NCBI GenBank assembly: GCA_964522115.1
Contig: CAZFSX010000001.1
Span: 1 to 58,671 of the forward strand
DNA length: 58,671 nucleotides
Direction of reading: 5' to 3'
Origin: an uncultured Pseudobdellovibrionaceae bacterium
Lineage (GTDB): Bacteria > Bdellovibrionota > Bdellovibrionia > Bdellovibrionales > Bdellovibrionaceae
The notes under the pieces are model-generated. The model was not told where the DNA came from, searched no databases, and saw only the letters and a list, made by a program, of their open reading frames with translations. How positions within the stretch are numbered: position 1 is the first letter of the stretch; each line of letters begins with the position of its first letter. The translations under genes were made by a program, and so were the position numbers. Shown one piece after another: positions 1 to 9,686 of the stretch.

Positions 1-576
1 ACTCTTGTGGATAGCCATGAAGACCTACCTGTTGAAGAAGCAGATCTGAAGCGCTTAAATGACATTGAACTGATTCCTTTCAAAAAGACATTCAAATCTC
101 GCGCTGAAATGGTGATGACAGCTCATATACTTTTTAAAAATGTTGATCCTGATTGGCCAGTGACTTTGTCTGAAAAGTTTTTGAAAAAAATCTTACGTGA
201 AGACTGCAAATACAGAGGTCTTGTCATCACAGACGATCTAGATATGAAGGCAATGTCCAAGCACTACGATAAAGCGAAGATCCCTGTTCGAGCTTATCAA
301 GCTGGAGCGGATATTTTACTTTATTGCAACGAACCCGACAGTCCTCCTGTTGCGATTGAAGGCATGGTCGAGGCGGTTGCCCAGGGTGCTATTTCTAAGG
401 ACGATTTAATGAAATCCCACGCCCGTTTGTTAGAATTTAAAAAAGAACACCTCCAAAAACCCGAGCCTTTAACTTTGCATGAAGCCACCCAAATCATTGG
501 ATCTTCTGAGCATTTTAAGCTGAGTCAGGCCATTGCGGCGAAGGAAGTTCCAACAGATCTTCAGGCAATGAATTAG
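1..576 (+). CDS. nagZ: beta-N-acetylhexosaminidase (GH3, NagZ-like), 5'-truncated by the window edge
   Basis: Frame 1 is open from nt 1; the track begins it at an internal GTG at 7. The translation (..VMTAHILF..PVTLSEKFLKKILRE..GLVITDDLDMKA..AGADILLYC..) matches the C-terminal half of GH3 NagZ enzymes. Confidence 0.8.
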   Translation, partial: TLVDSHEDLPVEEADLKRLNDIELIPFKKTFKSRAEMVMTAHILFKNVDPDWPVTLSEKFLKKILREDCKYRGLVITDDLDMKAMSKHYDKAKIPVRAYQAGADILLYCNEPDSPPVAIEGMVEAVAQGAISKDDLMKSHARLLEFKKEHLQKPEPLTLHEATQIIGSSEHFKLSQAIAAKEVPTDLQAMN

Positions 577-633
577 GGCTATTGCGCAAAGCGTCTAAAT
601 TTGGTAGGATTGGCCCCTAGCACGGAGGTCCAT

Positions 634-1938
634 ATGTCCTATGCTTTGCCAAATTCCGAACGCACCCTAAGTTTTATGGGGCTATCAAGCCTTCTTCATG
701 CTGCTTTATTTATCGCTACTTCCATGGTGGTCATTTTAGCTCCAAAACCTAAGCCTGCAGAAATTATCACCATCGAAATCCAAAGTCGTCCGCAAGCATC
801 TGGAGGCTTATCTGGTTTAGCTTCGGGCCCCGCGGGGGCTCTTGCTCCAGCTGCTCCTATTCAAAAATCAGCAACGCAAGCAAACTCAACTCAAAGAACT
901 CAACATCAAGTGAAGGTTGTTGCATCGAAAGCTCATCGGATTTCTTCAGCAAGATCTCACACAGCACAGGCTGTTCACATCCCCCTGAAGCAATCCCGTC
1001 AGCCCGTCGCTCAACTTTCCAAAGCTCCCCGTAATCCCATCACCTCCCCCCGCCAAGCGGCCATCCCTAAAATTGCGAAAGCCACACCAGTTCAAAAAAC
1101 AGGCCCAGTTGTGCTTCCACATGTCGACTTTGACCAAGCCCTGCATGAAGAAATCAGTGATATGGATGAAAAAGACTTTCAAGATGACTTTGACAAGGCT
1201 GATAAGTTGGCAGTGAAACACTTATCGAAAAAAAGTGATTCTGAATTGAAGCAACTTGAAAAGGAATTTCAATCCTCGGAAGAAAGCCAAAAGATGGCTG
1301 CCGCTGCACTTGAAAAAGATATTCAGGAACAGAACGCAATGATGGAAAAACGATCCAAAGACCGTTTGCAAAAATCAATTTCAGAAATGGAAAAACAAGC
1401 TGCAGCAGAAGCTGCTGCGAACGCTGCCGCATTGGCCGCCGCTGAAAAGGCACGAAAAAATGCTGTAGGATTTTCTGGAGGATCTTCGAATCACGGAAAC
1501 AGTAAGTCCTTTGGAAATGATCCCGATGGTGACCCTCTTTCTAATCGAATTGCTGGCAATAAAAATGGCTATGGAAGCGGGGGTCGCAATAGTGGTCAAG
1601 GAATGGGAGGCACGGGACAAGGTGGAGTAAGATCCTTGGATGAACTAAAACAAATGCCTGGGAATGCTCGACCATCTTATAGCCAAGACGACCGCTACCA
1701 TCGCAGACAAGGAAATGTCATTTTTCAAGCTTATATTAATAGCGCAGGAAGACCGACCAAGTTTTCGATGTCGAAAAGCAGTGGCCACCCATCGTTGGAT
1801 GAGAAAACGTTGGAAGCACTTAAAAAGTGGAAGTTTTATCCGGGACAAGAAGGCTGGGTAGAGATCCCATTTCTGTGGGACCTCAAAGGAGGTCCACAGC
1901 CAATGCCTTCTTTACTGAGAAGAAACGCTTCAAGATAA
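634..1938 (+). CDS. TonB-family energy transducer-like protein
   Basis: GGAGG at 624-628 sits 5 nt before ATG 634, so I prefer this to the track start at 601. It has an N-terminal TM (LSSLLHAALFIATSMVVILAP), a Pro/Ala/Gln-rich spacer and a Lys/Glu coiled region. The C terminus (RRQGNVIFQAYINSAGRPTKF..SSGHPSLDEKTLEALKKWKFYP) is typical of the TonB C-terminal domain. Confidence 0.7.
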   Translation: MSYALPNSERTLSFMGLSSLLHAALFIATSMVVILAPKPKPAEIITIEIQSRPQASGGLSGLASGPAGALAPAAPIQKSATQANSTQRTQHQVKVVASKAHRISSARSHTAQAVHIPLKQSRQPVAQLSKAPRNPITSPRQAAIPKIAKATPVQKTGPVVLPHVDFDQALHEEISDMDEKDFQDDFDKADKLAVKHLSKKSDSELKQLEKEFQSSEESQKMAAAALEKDIQEQNAMMEKRSKDRLQKSISEMEKQAAAEAAANAAALAAAEKARKNAVGFSGGSSNHGNSKSFGNDPDGDPLSNRIAGNKNGYGSGGRNSGQGMGGTGQGGVRSLDELKQMPGNARPSYSQDDRYHRRQGNVIFQAYINSAGRPTKFSMSKSSGHPSLDEKTLEALKKWKFYPGQEGWVEIPFLWDLKGGPQPMPSLLRRNASR

Positions 1939-1940
1939 AA

Positions 1941-2069
1941 TTAGTCTTTGAATAGTTCTTTTGCAGAACGAGTAGTTCCGGCACTTCTTTGTGCGGCTTT
2001 GCGTTTGCGGCCAGATGTAGCTTTTTTGCGCTCGCGACGATATTCAGTACGTTTTGTTTTTGAAGCCAT
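1941..2069 (-). CDS. small, highly basic protein (42 aa), unannotated
   Basis: It is below the track's size cut-off. On the minus strand GGAGGAAGTC is followed by ATG (2069), and the ORF reads MASKTKRTEYRRERKKATSGRKRKAAQRSAGTTRSAKELFKD then TAA (1943-1941). It lies 40 nt downstream of the OMP gene on the same strand. Confidence 0.45.
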   Translation of the reverse strand: MASKTKRTEYRRERKKATSGRKRKAAQRSAGTTRSAKELFKD

Positions 2070-2109
2070 GACTTCCTCCTAAAGATACGAGTGGAAACCA
2101 AGACAGCTA

Positions 2110-2988
2110 TCAAAATGGAATCACCAAGTCAACGGAATGTCTTGCAACCAGCTGACTTGGGGTCTTTGAACTTAAATATCCATAGTGAACACCAAATTTT
2201 GGACCATGAAATCCAAATCCTGCACCATATTCTTCCTTCGAGTTTTCTGGCGACCAGGCCGCCCCCATGCGCAGATTCAAGAAGCTATTTAGGTAATGCT
2301 CAAGCCCCGCACGGTAGGTATTGATCGCATCGGAATTTTCAATATCCATACGAAGACGAAAAACAGATTGAAAAACCATTGCAGATCCAAGCGCATAAAG
2401 CGGGGATTGACGCAGATGCTTTGGTATTTTTGACGACTCCGTCAAAATATTTTCAGCCACGAAGCCTATTCCCCAGTTGTCGCTGACAGCATAGATACCG
2501 CCCAAGCGCAGGTTCGATTGACTGTAATTTACGGCTTCGTAAATATCTGTTTTTTGCAAATATCCACCAATTCCAAAGTAAGTTTTTTCTGCCACTCTAT
2601 TCGCAAAACTGATTTCTACTAAACTTTGACCTGAAGTTTCTTTTTCAAGACTGGTTGTTTTTTTGCGATACTTGATAGCCGCTGGCAGCCAATTATCTTC
2701 CGTTGCATCGATCAGGTTCACTTGAAGCTCTTGGACCTGTTGTTCTTGCTGTAAGTCAGACATCTGTTTATAGGCACTCAGGGACGACGAAAAAAAGAAC
2801 CCTCTCATTGCAGCAATTGAAGCTGGATTTGAGGATGGCCCGTCGACAATATCAACACTGGCTCGACCAGCTCCTGCTAAACTGCTGGTCACGGCACCAC
2901 CGTTTTCCATCGCTTGAACGGGATGCAAAATAAAAATACCGCTTAAAAGTGAAAAACAAAAAAGAAAAGAATGGATATATTTCTTCAT
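2110..2988 (-). CDS. outer-membrane beta-barrel protein (hypothetical)
   Basis: It has a signal peptide (MKKYIHSFLFCFSLLSGIFILHPVQA), alternating hydrophobic/polar strands rich in G/Y/S, and a C-terminal aromatic residue (..VDLVIPF), as expected for a BAM substrate. Confidence 0.6.
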   Translation of the reverse strand: MKKYIHSFLFCFSLLSGIFILHPVQAMENGGAVTSSLAGAGRASVDIVDGPSSNPASIAAMRGFFFSSSLSAYKQMSDLQQEQQVQELQVNLIDATEDNWLPAAIKYRKKTTSLEKETSGQSLVEISFANRVAEKTYFGIGGYLQKTDIYEAVNYSQSNLRLGGIYAVSDNWGIGFVAENILTESSKIPKHLRQSPLYALGSAMVFQSVFRLRMDIENSDAINTYRAGLEHYLNSFLNLRMGAAWSPENSKEEYGAGFGFHGPKFGVHYGYLSSKTPSQLVARHSVDLVIPF

Positions 2989-3047
2989 GACCTTAAGGAT
3001 CCATCGGGCAAAGAAGGCTTGTCAATGGACAAGCCTTTCCACCGACT

Positions 3048-4289
3048 TTATTTTTCGAACTTGTTAAATACTTGATCGCAAGATCCGCTCATTTTCATTG
3101 TTGAAAGTGACTTCTGAGAAGGAATAAATGGCCATGGGTTTGTATCAGAAGAAGGATTTCTGTCGGCCCTCATCAAAAAGTCACCCTTTTGTAGCATCTG
3201 CTGAAACTGATGTTCATAAAAAATAAACAGGCCTGTTCTAAGCCGTGCTTCTTTCATTTCACGCATAAACATGAGAGCAGCTTGCAAGGAAATCTGAGTC
3301 AGATTCTTATAGCTTTGAATTTCTGCCTCAAGCAGACTGCGTGGAATATCCTCTAAGCCAATCTTAAGTTGATTTGTTTTATCTACAGAAATCCGCTTCG
3401 AACCTTTGGAAATTTCGTCTTGGTAAAACTGAATGCTAGACTTCAAAAAGGGAAACGAAAGAGCTGCCACTCGGATAAGATCCGCTTTTGACATGGAATC
3501 TTTTTCTTGCGCAACTGATTCTGAAAAAGTTTCGTAAATACTATGAAATGGATTCGCATCATGCTCCATAATAGAATCGCTCATTGCCATTGGTTTTTTT
3601 AACAACAAGATTCGCGTCTTTTCATCGAAACCGTTTGCAATTTTAAAGAATCGAGACAAGACACCCGAGTCTGCCTTAGAAACTTGAGTCCAAATTCGAG
3701 CACCCCATAGCGATGGATCTCGAGAATTTCTTGCATCCGAAAGAAACTGTAAATTTCTAGGTAAATCATTCAAAACTTCATTGATAAAAAAGTGAGTTCC
3801 AAGTTGCTGATCGACCTGCAAAAGATATTCGAAGCATAAGATTAAGTTATCCGACACAGAGAGCGCTTTTCCGTCTGCACGTCGATTCATTATTTTATTT
3901 TCAAATCGCTTTTTTAAAAACTCCTGTATCGCAAGAATACTTTCAGAAGGTACTCCTTGAAAAAGATGAATGTATTTTAAAACAGGTTCAAGATCAGATT
4001 CTGCCGCAGAGTTAAGAGAGACACTTCGACCTTCACTTTCATATTCCAAAAGAGCCAAAGGCAAAGAGTCATGCCAAAATTGATAAGGCTGCCACTCTAA
4101 AGGAACGGACAAGCCAACTCCTCGCCGAACAGCATTGACCATTTGATGCAACTTATTCGAGGGAGAATTCTGAGTTTGATCTAAATTAACTTGAGTGACA
4201 ACAGAGCCCGCCACCCCTGGAAGCGACATCAGCACATGGAGCACAAAAAAGCCGCAAATAAGTTTCCATCTTTGATGCAAAGACATCAT
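3048..4289 (-). CDS. exported hypothetical protein
   Basis: A 413-aa ORF with an N-terminal signal-like segment (ICGFFVLHVLMSLPGVAGS). I recognise no family motif. Confidence 0.5.
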   Translation of the reverse strand: MMSLHQRWKLICGFFVLHVLMSLPGVAGSVVTQVNLDQTQNSPSNKLHQMVNAVRRGVGLSVPLEWQPYQFWHDSLPLALLEYESEGRSVSLNSAAESDLEPVLKYIHLFQGVPSESILAIQEFLKKRFENKIMNRRADGKALSVSDNLILCFEYLLQVDQQLGTHFFINEVLNDLPRNLQFLSDARNSRDPSLWGARIWTQVSKADSGVLSRFFKIANGFDEKTRILLLKKPMAMSDSIMEHDANPFHSIYETFSESVAQEKDSMSKADLIRVAALSFPFLKSSIQFYQDEISKGSKRISVDKTNQLKIGLEDIPRSLLEAEIQSYKNLTQISLQAALMFMREMKEARLRTGLFIFYEHQFQQMLQKGDFLMRADRNPSSDTNPWPFIPSQKSLSTMKMSGSCDQVFNKFEK

Positions 4290-4423
4290 AACTCCCCCAT
4301 AGAATTAAAAAACGATGTTCATTCTGTATCGTTTTCTAATTCAAAAAGGAAGTTATTTTTATGTCACGATATTAACCCAAAATCGACGCACGACAAAATA
4401 CCCCAGAGAATCCATCTGAAGTT

Positions 4424-5749
4424 TTAATTCGAAGCCCTTGTGCAGACAGAAACATAGCGCATACAGCGCACGATTTTTCCTTCTGTGGTGATACATTGTT
4501 TTTTTTCAGTCAGATTTGTTGAAGTACCTGCATAGTCTAAACTCAAACGCTGACCTGCAGAAGAGCATGCCTGAAGGTTTCCACCAACGATACATACCGA
4601 ACCACTGACCACTTCATTGGAAACAGTGGGAGGAGTCACTTCACCACTTCCATAACAACTATTCACACCTTTTACAGGCACAAGACAAAGCAGGTTCGAA
4701 GTGGACTTCCGAATATCCCACAGATGAGATGGCAAATGTCGACGTAACATTCTAACAGCGGATAAGGTCGTTGAATCTGTGATAGGACCTGGTGAACAGA
4801 CATTTCCTATTGCATCTTCAGGATCAACAACAGGATACCTTGCACAAGTCCAAGAGGGCATCGTCGCAGTTCTTTCGCTGGGCTGGGTTTCTTCAACCCC
4901 TCTGACCTCAAAACTTCCACTGCCACTGGGTACATTAGCAAAGTTCAAGGAGTAGTTCCGACCATACCATTTCCCTTGCTGGAAGTTTCCTTTACTATCT
5001 ACAGGAGTGACGACCATATCACCGTCTTTAAAGTACGAACTTAGAAAAAGCTGTTTATTGCTTAGGTCATTTGCAATACCAGCAATACCTCGCAAAGTTC
5101 CAGAAGAACCCAGCAAAGACATTGGGATTGTTCTGTAAATTCTTGGCAAACTTGCAGCAACAAAAGCGGCCTCAGGAAAATAGGAAGTCATCGTATTTGA
5201 AGTTAATAAAGAAACAGGTTGAACAATTCCTGATTGTGATAATATCCCCAAGGGAGCACTTCCTCGAGCCGAAGAACCTTCCACTTCTGTATCCACTCCA
5301 TTCGTCAGAGCGATGACTAAAGACGCTTCCGCATTTTTAGGAGATGTTTGAAGAATTGATTGGACCATATCTTGGGGCACAGATATTTTACTTTTTGGGT
5401 TGGCAGGATCTTCCCTTCGGCCATAGTTATTCAGAATATAATCAGTAAATTCTTTGCGAAGCCCCAAGCCCACATATTTCGCTGGATCATCATAGGCTCC
5501 AGCGCGAATCATGAAATCATCTTTCATTGTGACACTTGGATCACAACCATTCACTGTAATTTGGTTTAAGACAACGTCATAAGCGAAGGGCACATTCGAC
5601 ATTTTTGCATCCAAAGAGGATGCATTTTCACCCTCGGAATCCGATGGAGCCTGTCCACAGTTTTGAAATGAAAATATAATTAGACTGGAACCAAGAAGCA
5701 ACGCTAGCGTTTTCAATTTTATTGAAAAATGAAGATATAAGGACTTCAT
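4424..5749 (-). CDS. lipoprotein, Cys-rich C-terminal region (hypothetical)
   Basis: I moved the start to the internal ATG at 5749. This gives MKSLYLHFSIKLKTLALLLGSSLIIFSFQNCGQ, a signal peptide plus an 'FQNC' lipobox. The track start at 5830 adds 27 non-signal residues. Confidence 0.55.
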   Translation of the reverse strand: MKSLYLHFSIKLKTLALLLGSSLIIFSFQNCGQAPSDSEGENASSLDAKMSNVPFAYDVVLNQITVNGCDPSVTMKDDFMIRAGAYDDPAKYVGLGLRKEFTDYILNNYGRREDPANPKSKISVPQDMVQSILQTSPKNAEASLVIALTNGVDTEVEGSSARGSAPLGILSQSGIVQPVSLLTSNTMTSYFPEAAFVAASLPRIYRTIPMSLLGSSGTLRGIAGIANDLSNKQLFLSSYFKDGDMVVTPVDSKGNFQQGKWYGRNYSLNFANVPSGSGSFEVRGVEETQPSERTATMPSWTCARYPVVDPEDAIGNVCSPGPITDSTTLSAVRMLRRHLPSHLWDIRKSTSNLLCLVPVKGVNSCYGSGEVTPPTVSNEVVSGSVCIVGGNLQACSSAGQRLSLDYAGTSTNLTEKKQCITTEGKIVRCMRYVSVCTRASN

Positions 5750-5892
5750 ACGGTCACGCAGCATAGAATTTCCCCCCAATGCAACCATCTTACCACACCA
5801 GAATGAAACATCTTCAAAAATTCTAAACATGGATCATTTCGAGACAGCCAAAAGTCCTTGTCAAGCCCACAAAGGTTTGAGAACAATGATTC

Positions 5893-6798
5893 ATGTCGAA
5901 AAATTTTTCTAAAAAAGTAAGAAAAGCTATCATCCCCGCCGCAGGTCTAGGAACTCGTTTTTTACCTGCGACTAAAACTGTCCCCAAAGAAATGCTGACC
6001 ATTGTCGATGCGCCCATCATTTTTTATGTTGTCCAGGAAGCTATTCAAGCAGGCATAGAAGACATTGTCCTTATCCAGGGCCGCGGAAAAACAGCCATCG
6101 AAGATTTTTTTGATGTCTCTTTTGAGCTTGAGGAAACACTGCTTCGGACTAAAAAAGAATCCCTTTTAAAAGACTTGATCCAAATTCGAAAGATGGCCAA
6201 CATCATCAGCGTTCGCCAAAAACAACCTCTTGGACTTGGACATGCGGTCCTTTGTGCTGAACGCATTATCGGCGATGAGCCCTTTGCTGTTCTATTGGGT
6301 GATGAAATTATGCTTTCTCGTGAGGGTGAAAAAAACGTAACTTCACAACTTTGTCAACTGTATGGACAGACCGACAAGTCCTCGATTGCAGTCATGAAAG
6401 TCGCAGATACTGAAGTTTCAAAGTATGGTATTGCTGAATTTGATTCGACAAATATTCATGAATTTATGGAAGTAAAAAATTTGATCGAAAAGCCAAAGAT
6501 CGATGAAACACAAAGTCGTTGGGCGCTTCCTGGAAGATATGTTTTTACTCCAAGCATATTCCAAGACTTGCAAAAAACCCAACCGGGAAAGAATGGCGAA
6601 ATTCAGTTAACAGATGCGATGAAATCCTTGCTTCAGCGTGAAGGCATTGTTGCGACAACTTTTTCTTCAACTCGTTTTGATGCTGGTGATAAGCTTGGAT
6701 TTCTGAAAGCAAATATAGAAATGGCACTGCATCGTCCAGAACTTCAAGAATTACTTCAAGAATATCTTCTTGATTTAGCTTCAAGGATAAAAAAATGA
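5893..6798 (+). CDS. galU: UTP--glucose-1-phosphate uridylyltransferase
   Basis: The N-terminal motif AIIPAAGLGTRFLPATKTVPKEML is present, as are ..VRQKQPLGLGHAV.. and ..LLGDE... The length (301 aa) is typical of GalU. Confidence 0.9.
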   Translation: MSKNFSKKVRKAIIPAAGLGTRFLPATKTVPKEMLTIVDAPIIFYVVQEAIQAGIEDIVLIQGRGKTAIEDFFDVSFELEETLLRTKKESLLKDLIQIRKMANIISVRQKQPLGLGHAVLCAERIIGDEPFAVLLGDEIMLSREGEKNVTSQLCQLYGQTDKSSIAVMKVADTEVSKYGIAEFDSTNIHEFMEVKNLIEKPKIDETQSRWALPGRYVFTPSIFQDLQKTQPGKNGEIQLTDAMKSLLQREGIVATTFSSTRFDAGDKLGFLKANIEMALHRPELQELLQEYLLDLASRIKK

Positions 6799-7631
6799 AA
6801 ATACTCTGCCTCCTTTTGATTGCATTACAATCCCATGCTTGGATTCCTCGTGGAATGCAAATTCTGAATAAAGCTGTGGAAAACTCGGGTGCAGGCCTTT
6901 ACCAAATTGAGTATGAAGTTCAAATCCCCGTTGGGGTTGATACCTATGCAATCAAAGAGCGATGGTTGATCGAAAATGATGGAACAATGAAGGTCACTGC
7001 CACCGGCTTGCGTGAATTGAAGGATCAATTTCAATGGCAAGCTCTGTATACCGGTGGACAAAAATACCAGTTGACCACTCAGGGAAAAGTCAATGAGCCG
7101 CTTCCTGTTAGCTTCATAGAAAGAGTTTTTCACTTTCGGAACTCTGATTCATTTGCCAATTACTTAGTCCAGCAACAGATTGTCCCATCATCTATTTTTC
7201 AAGGATCTAAAAGAGCGCTGAAAACTTTGACAGATATAAGCAATCAGACCGAACCCTTCATGCGACTTTCTCGAACAGGAGGAAGTATTGCTTTTGCGTT
7301 TGGTACTCCCTCGGCAACGACGGCTTCGGAAAATAATCCTGGCTTATGGATAGATCAAGATCAGTTTGTTGTTCGAAAGTATCGTGATCCACGTCAGGTG
7401 GAGGTCCTAGCAGATCAATTCCAAACCTATTCTCGAGGTCTTGTGCACCCCAAGGTTCGCACAGTTAAATGGGGATCTCAAACATGGAATATCCTAACGA
7501 CTCAAGTTCAAACTAAGCCTTTTTCACAAAAAGAATTTCAAGCAAGCTCTTTAGATACCTTGAGCAAAAATACAATTCCTCAAGAACAACTCAAAAATCT
7601 GATTCAAGAATTCTATTCCAAATTGAGGTAA
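6795..7631 (+). CDS. exported hypothetical protein
   Basis: There is an ATGA start/stop overlap with galU and a signal peptide (MKILCLLLIALQSHA). No family motif recognised. Confidence 0.55.
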   Translation: MKILCLLLIALQSHAWIPRGMQILNKAVENSGAGLYQIEYEVQIPVGVDTYAIKERWLIENDGTMKVTATGLRELKDQFQWQALYTGGQKYQLTTQGKVNEPLPVSFIERVFHFRNSDSFANYLVQQQIVPSSIFQGSKRALKTLTDISNQTEPFMRLSRTGGSIAFAFGTPSATTASENNPGLWIDQDQFVVRKYRDPRQVEVLADQFQTYSRGLVHPKVRTVKWGSQTWNILTTQVQTKPFSQKEFQASSLDTLSKNTIPQEQLKNLIQEFYSKLR

Positions 7632-7634
7632 ATC

Positions 7635-9674
7635 ATGTCCACAGGCGAATTTTGGAAAGTCGCCACAGATACTCCTGTGGATCAACTTTTTACCTACCAA
7701 GCCCCGATGGAGTTGGTAGAGTCTTTGGTTCCTGGGCAATTCATCAAAGTCCCCTTAGGTCGCGGAGGAAGAAAAGTATCTGGTATCTTGATTGAAAAAC
7801 AAAGCGAAGAACCTACTTTTGAAGCAAAACAAATATTGGAGATCCAGTCGGAATATCCTATTCTTCCACAAAATTTTATTCATTGGTGCCAGTGGTTAGC
7901 GAAATATTATCTTCATCCTTTAGGAGAAGTCTTGCATCTGTCGCTACCTCCTTTATCAAAAAAAAATTCTAAGAAGACTAAGAAATCAGATCCAAGCATG
8001 GGCGATCTTCAGAAGGCACAAATCCCAAGACCCGCACTATCTGCAGAACAAACTATCGTTTTAGAATCAATCCAAAAAACACAAGGCTTTCAAACACATC
8101 TTCTTTTTGGCGTCACGGGATCTGGCAAAACAGAAGTGTATATGCATTTGCTTGAAAAAGTTCTTGCCGAAGATAAAAGTGCAATTGTCATTGTCCCTGA
8201 AATTTCTTTAACACCTCAATTGATTGATCGCTTTGTCCACAGATTTGGCAAGCAAATCGCAGTTCTTCATTCTCAACTAACACCACGTGAAAAAACAAAT
8301 CAGTGGTGGGACATGATAGAAGGAAGAAAAAGAATTGTGATCGGAGCAAGATCCGCTCTCTTTTGCCCTCTTCCTGATCTTGGAATGATCATTGTGGATG
8401 AAGAACACGAATCCAGCTTTAAACAAGATGAAAAGTTGAAATATCATGGCCGTGATGCCGCTGTCATGCTGGGCAAGTATCACCAGTGCCCCGTCGTCTT
8501 GGGATCCGCAACTCCAAGTTTAGAATCCTGGCATAACTGCCTTCAAAAAAAATATCATTTACACAAAATGGAAAATCGAGTGATGGATCGACAACTTCCA
8601 ATTGTGGACATAGTGGATTTAAGAACGACTCCCAAAGAAGAAAATCATGATCTTCGCCCCAGTTGGTGCAGTCCTTTCTTGTTCGAAAAAATTCACGAAA
8701 CTTTGGAACGTGGAGATCAAGTTGCTTTATTTTTAAATCGAAGAGGGGTCGCCCCCTTTGTCTTATGCCCCGCCTGTGGACATACTCGAGAATGTCCTAA
8801 TTGCGATATTTCCTTAACTTTGCATGGGAAAAGTCATCTTGTTTGTCATTATTGCGATTATCATGAAAACCTAAAGACAAGATGTCCAGACTGCAATGAA
8901 GATGAAATGAAACCTGTTGGTCTAGGCACTGAAACACTTGAAAATGATATGCGTAGATTATTTCCAGAAAGACTGATCGTGCGCGCTGATCGCGACGAAA
9001 TTCAAGACAGAGTTAGTTTGGAAAATTTTATTCGTCAGATGGAATCTGGAGCCGTGGATATTTTGATCGGAACGCAAATGATTGCCAAAGGCTTGGACTT
9101 TCCCAAGTTAACACTTGTCGGACTTGTCCTTGCCGATATCGGTTTTCATTTGCCGGATTTTCGATCCACGGAACGAAGCTTTCAAATTTTAACCCAAGTC
9201 AGTGGAAGATCAGGAAGGCATGTTCAGCCGGGACAATCCCCTGGTCATGTGATTATTCAAACTTTAAGTCCCGAACACCCAAGTATTCAGTTCGCGCAGA
9301 ACCATGACTTTCCTGGCTTTGCAAAACATGAGTTGGAGTTTCGCAAGATCCTGGGCTATCCCCCCGTCGGCAAGCTCGTCTCGTTTCGCGTTCAAGGAAC
9401 TCATTTGGATCGAGTTCAACAAACAGCTAGACTTTTGTCTGAACGCGCCTGGGCTTTAAAAACACAACGTCCTCATTTTGAAAACTTCGAAATTTTAGGA
9501 CCCACAGAAGCTCCATTAGCAAAGCTACGAGGGCAATTTCGACATTTTTTGTTGATCAAAAATCCGCAAGGAACCCCCCTTAGTGCTTATTGTTCCCAGC
9601 TTTTATCGGATCAAAAATGGGTTCCTGCAGGAGTTCGTATCGTTGTGGATGTTGACCCACTTCATCTTCTTTAA
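7635..9674 (+). CDS. priA: primosomal protein N' (replication restart helicase PriA)
   Basis: It carries Walker A (GVTGSGKTEVY), a DEEHE box and the Cys-rich zinc insertion CPACGHTRECPNCDISLTLHGKSHLVCHYCDY..CPDC. The length is 679 aa. Confidence 0.9.
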   Translation: MSTGEFWKVATDTPVDQLFTYQAPMELVESLVPGQFIKVPLGRGGRKVSGILIEKQSEEPTFEAKQILEIQSEYPILPQNFIHWCQWLAKYYLHPLGEVLHLSLPPLSKKNSKKTKKSDPSMGDLQKAQIPRPALSAEQTIVLESIQKTQGFQTHLLFGVTGSGKTEVYMHLLEKVLAEDKSAIVIVPEISLTPQLIDRFVHRFGKQIAVLHSQLTPREKTNQWWDMIEGRKRIVIGARSALFCPLPDLGMIIVDEEHESSFKQDEKLKYHGRDAAVMLGKYHQCPVVLGSATPSLESWHNCLQKKYHLHKMENRVMDRQLPIVDIVDLRTTPKEENHDLRPSWCSPFLFEKIHETLERGDQVALFLNRRGVAPFVLCPACGHTRECPNCDISLTLHGKSHLVCHYCDYHENLKTRCPDCNEDEMKPVGLGTETLENDMRRLFPERLIVRADRDEIQDRVSLENFIRQMESGAVDILIGTQMIAKGLDFPKLTLVGLVLADIGFHLPDFRSTERSFQILTQVSGRSGRHVQPGQSPGHVIIQTLSPEHPSIQFAQNHDFPGFAKHELEFRKILGYPPVGKLVSFRVQGTHLDRVQQTARLLSERAWALKTQRPHFENFEILGPTEAPLAKLRGQFRHFLLIKNPQGTPLSAYCSQLLSDQKWVPAGVRIVVDVDPLHLL

Positions 9675-9686
9675 GACAATAATTCT

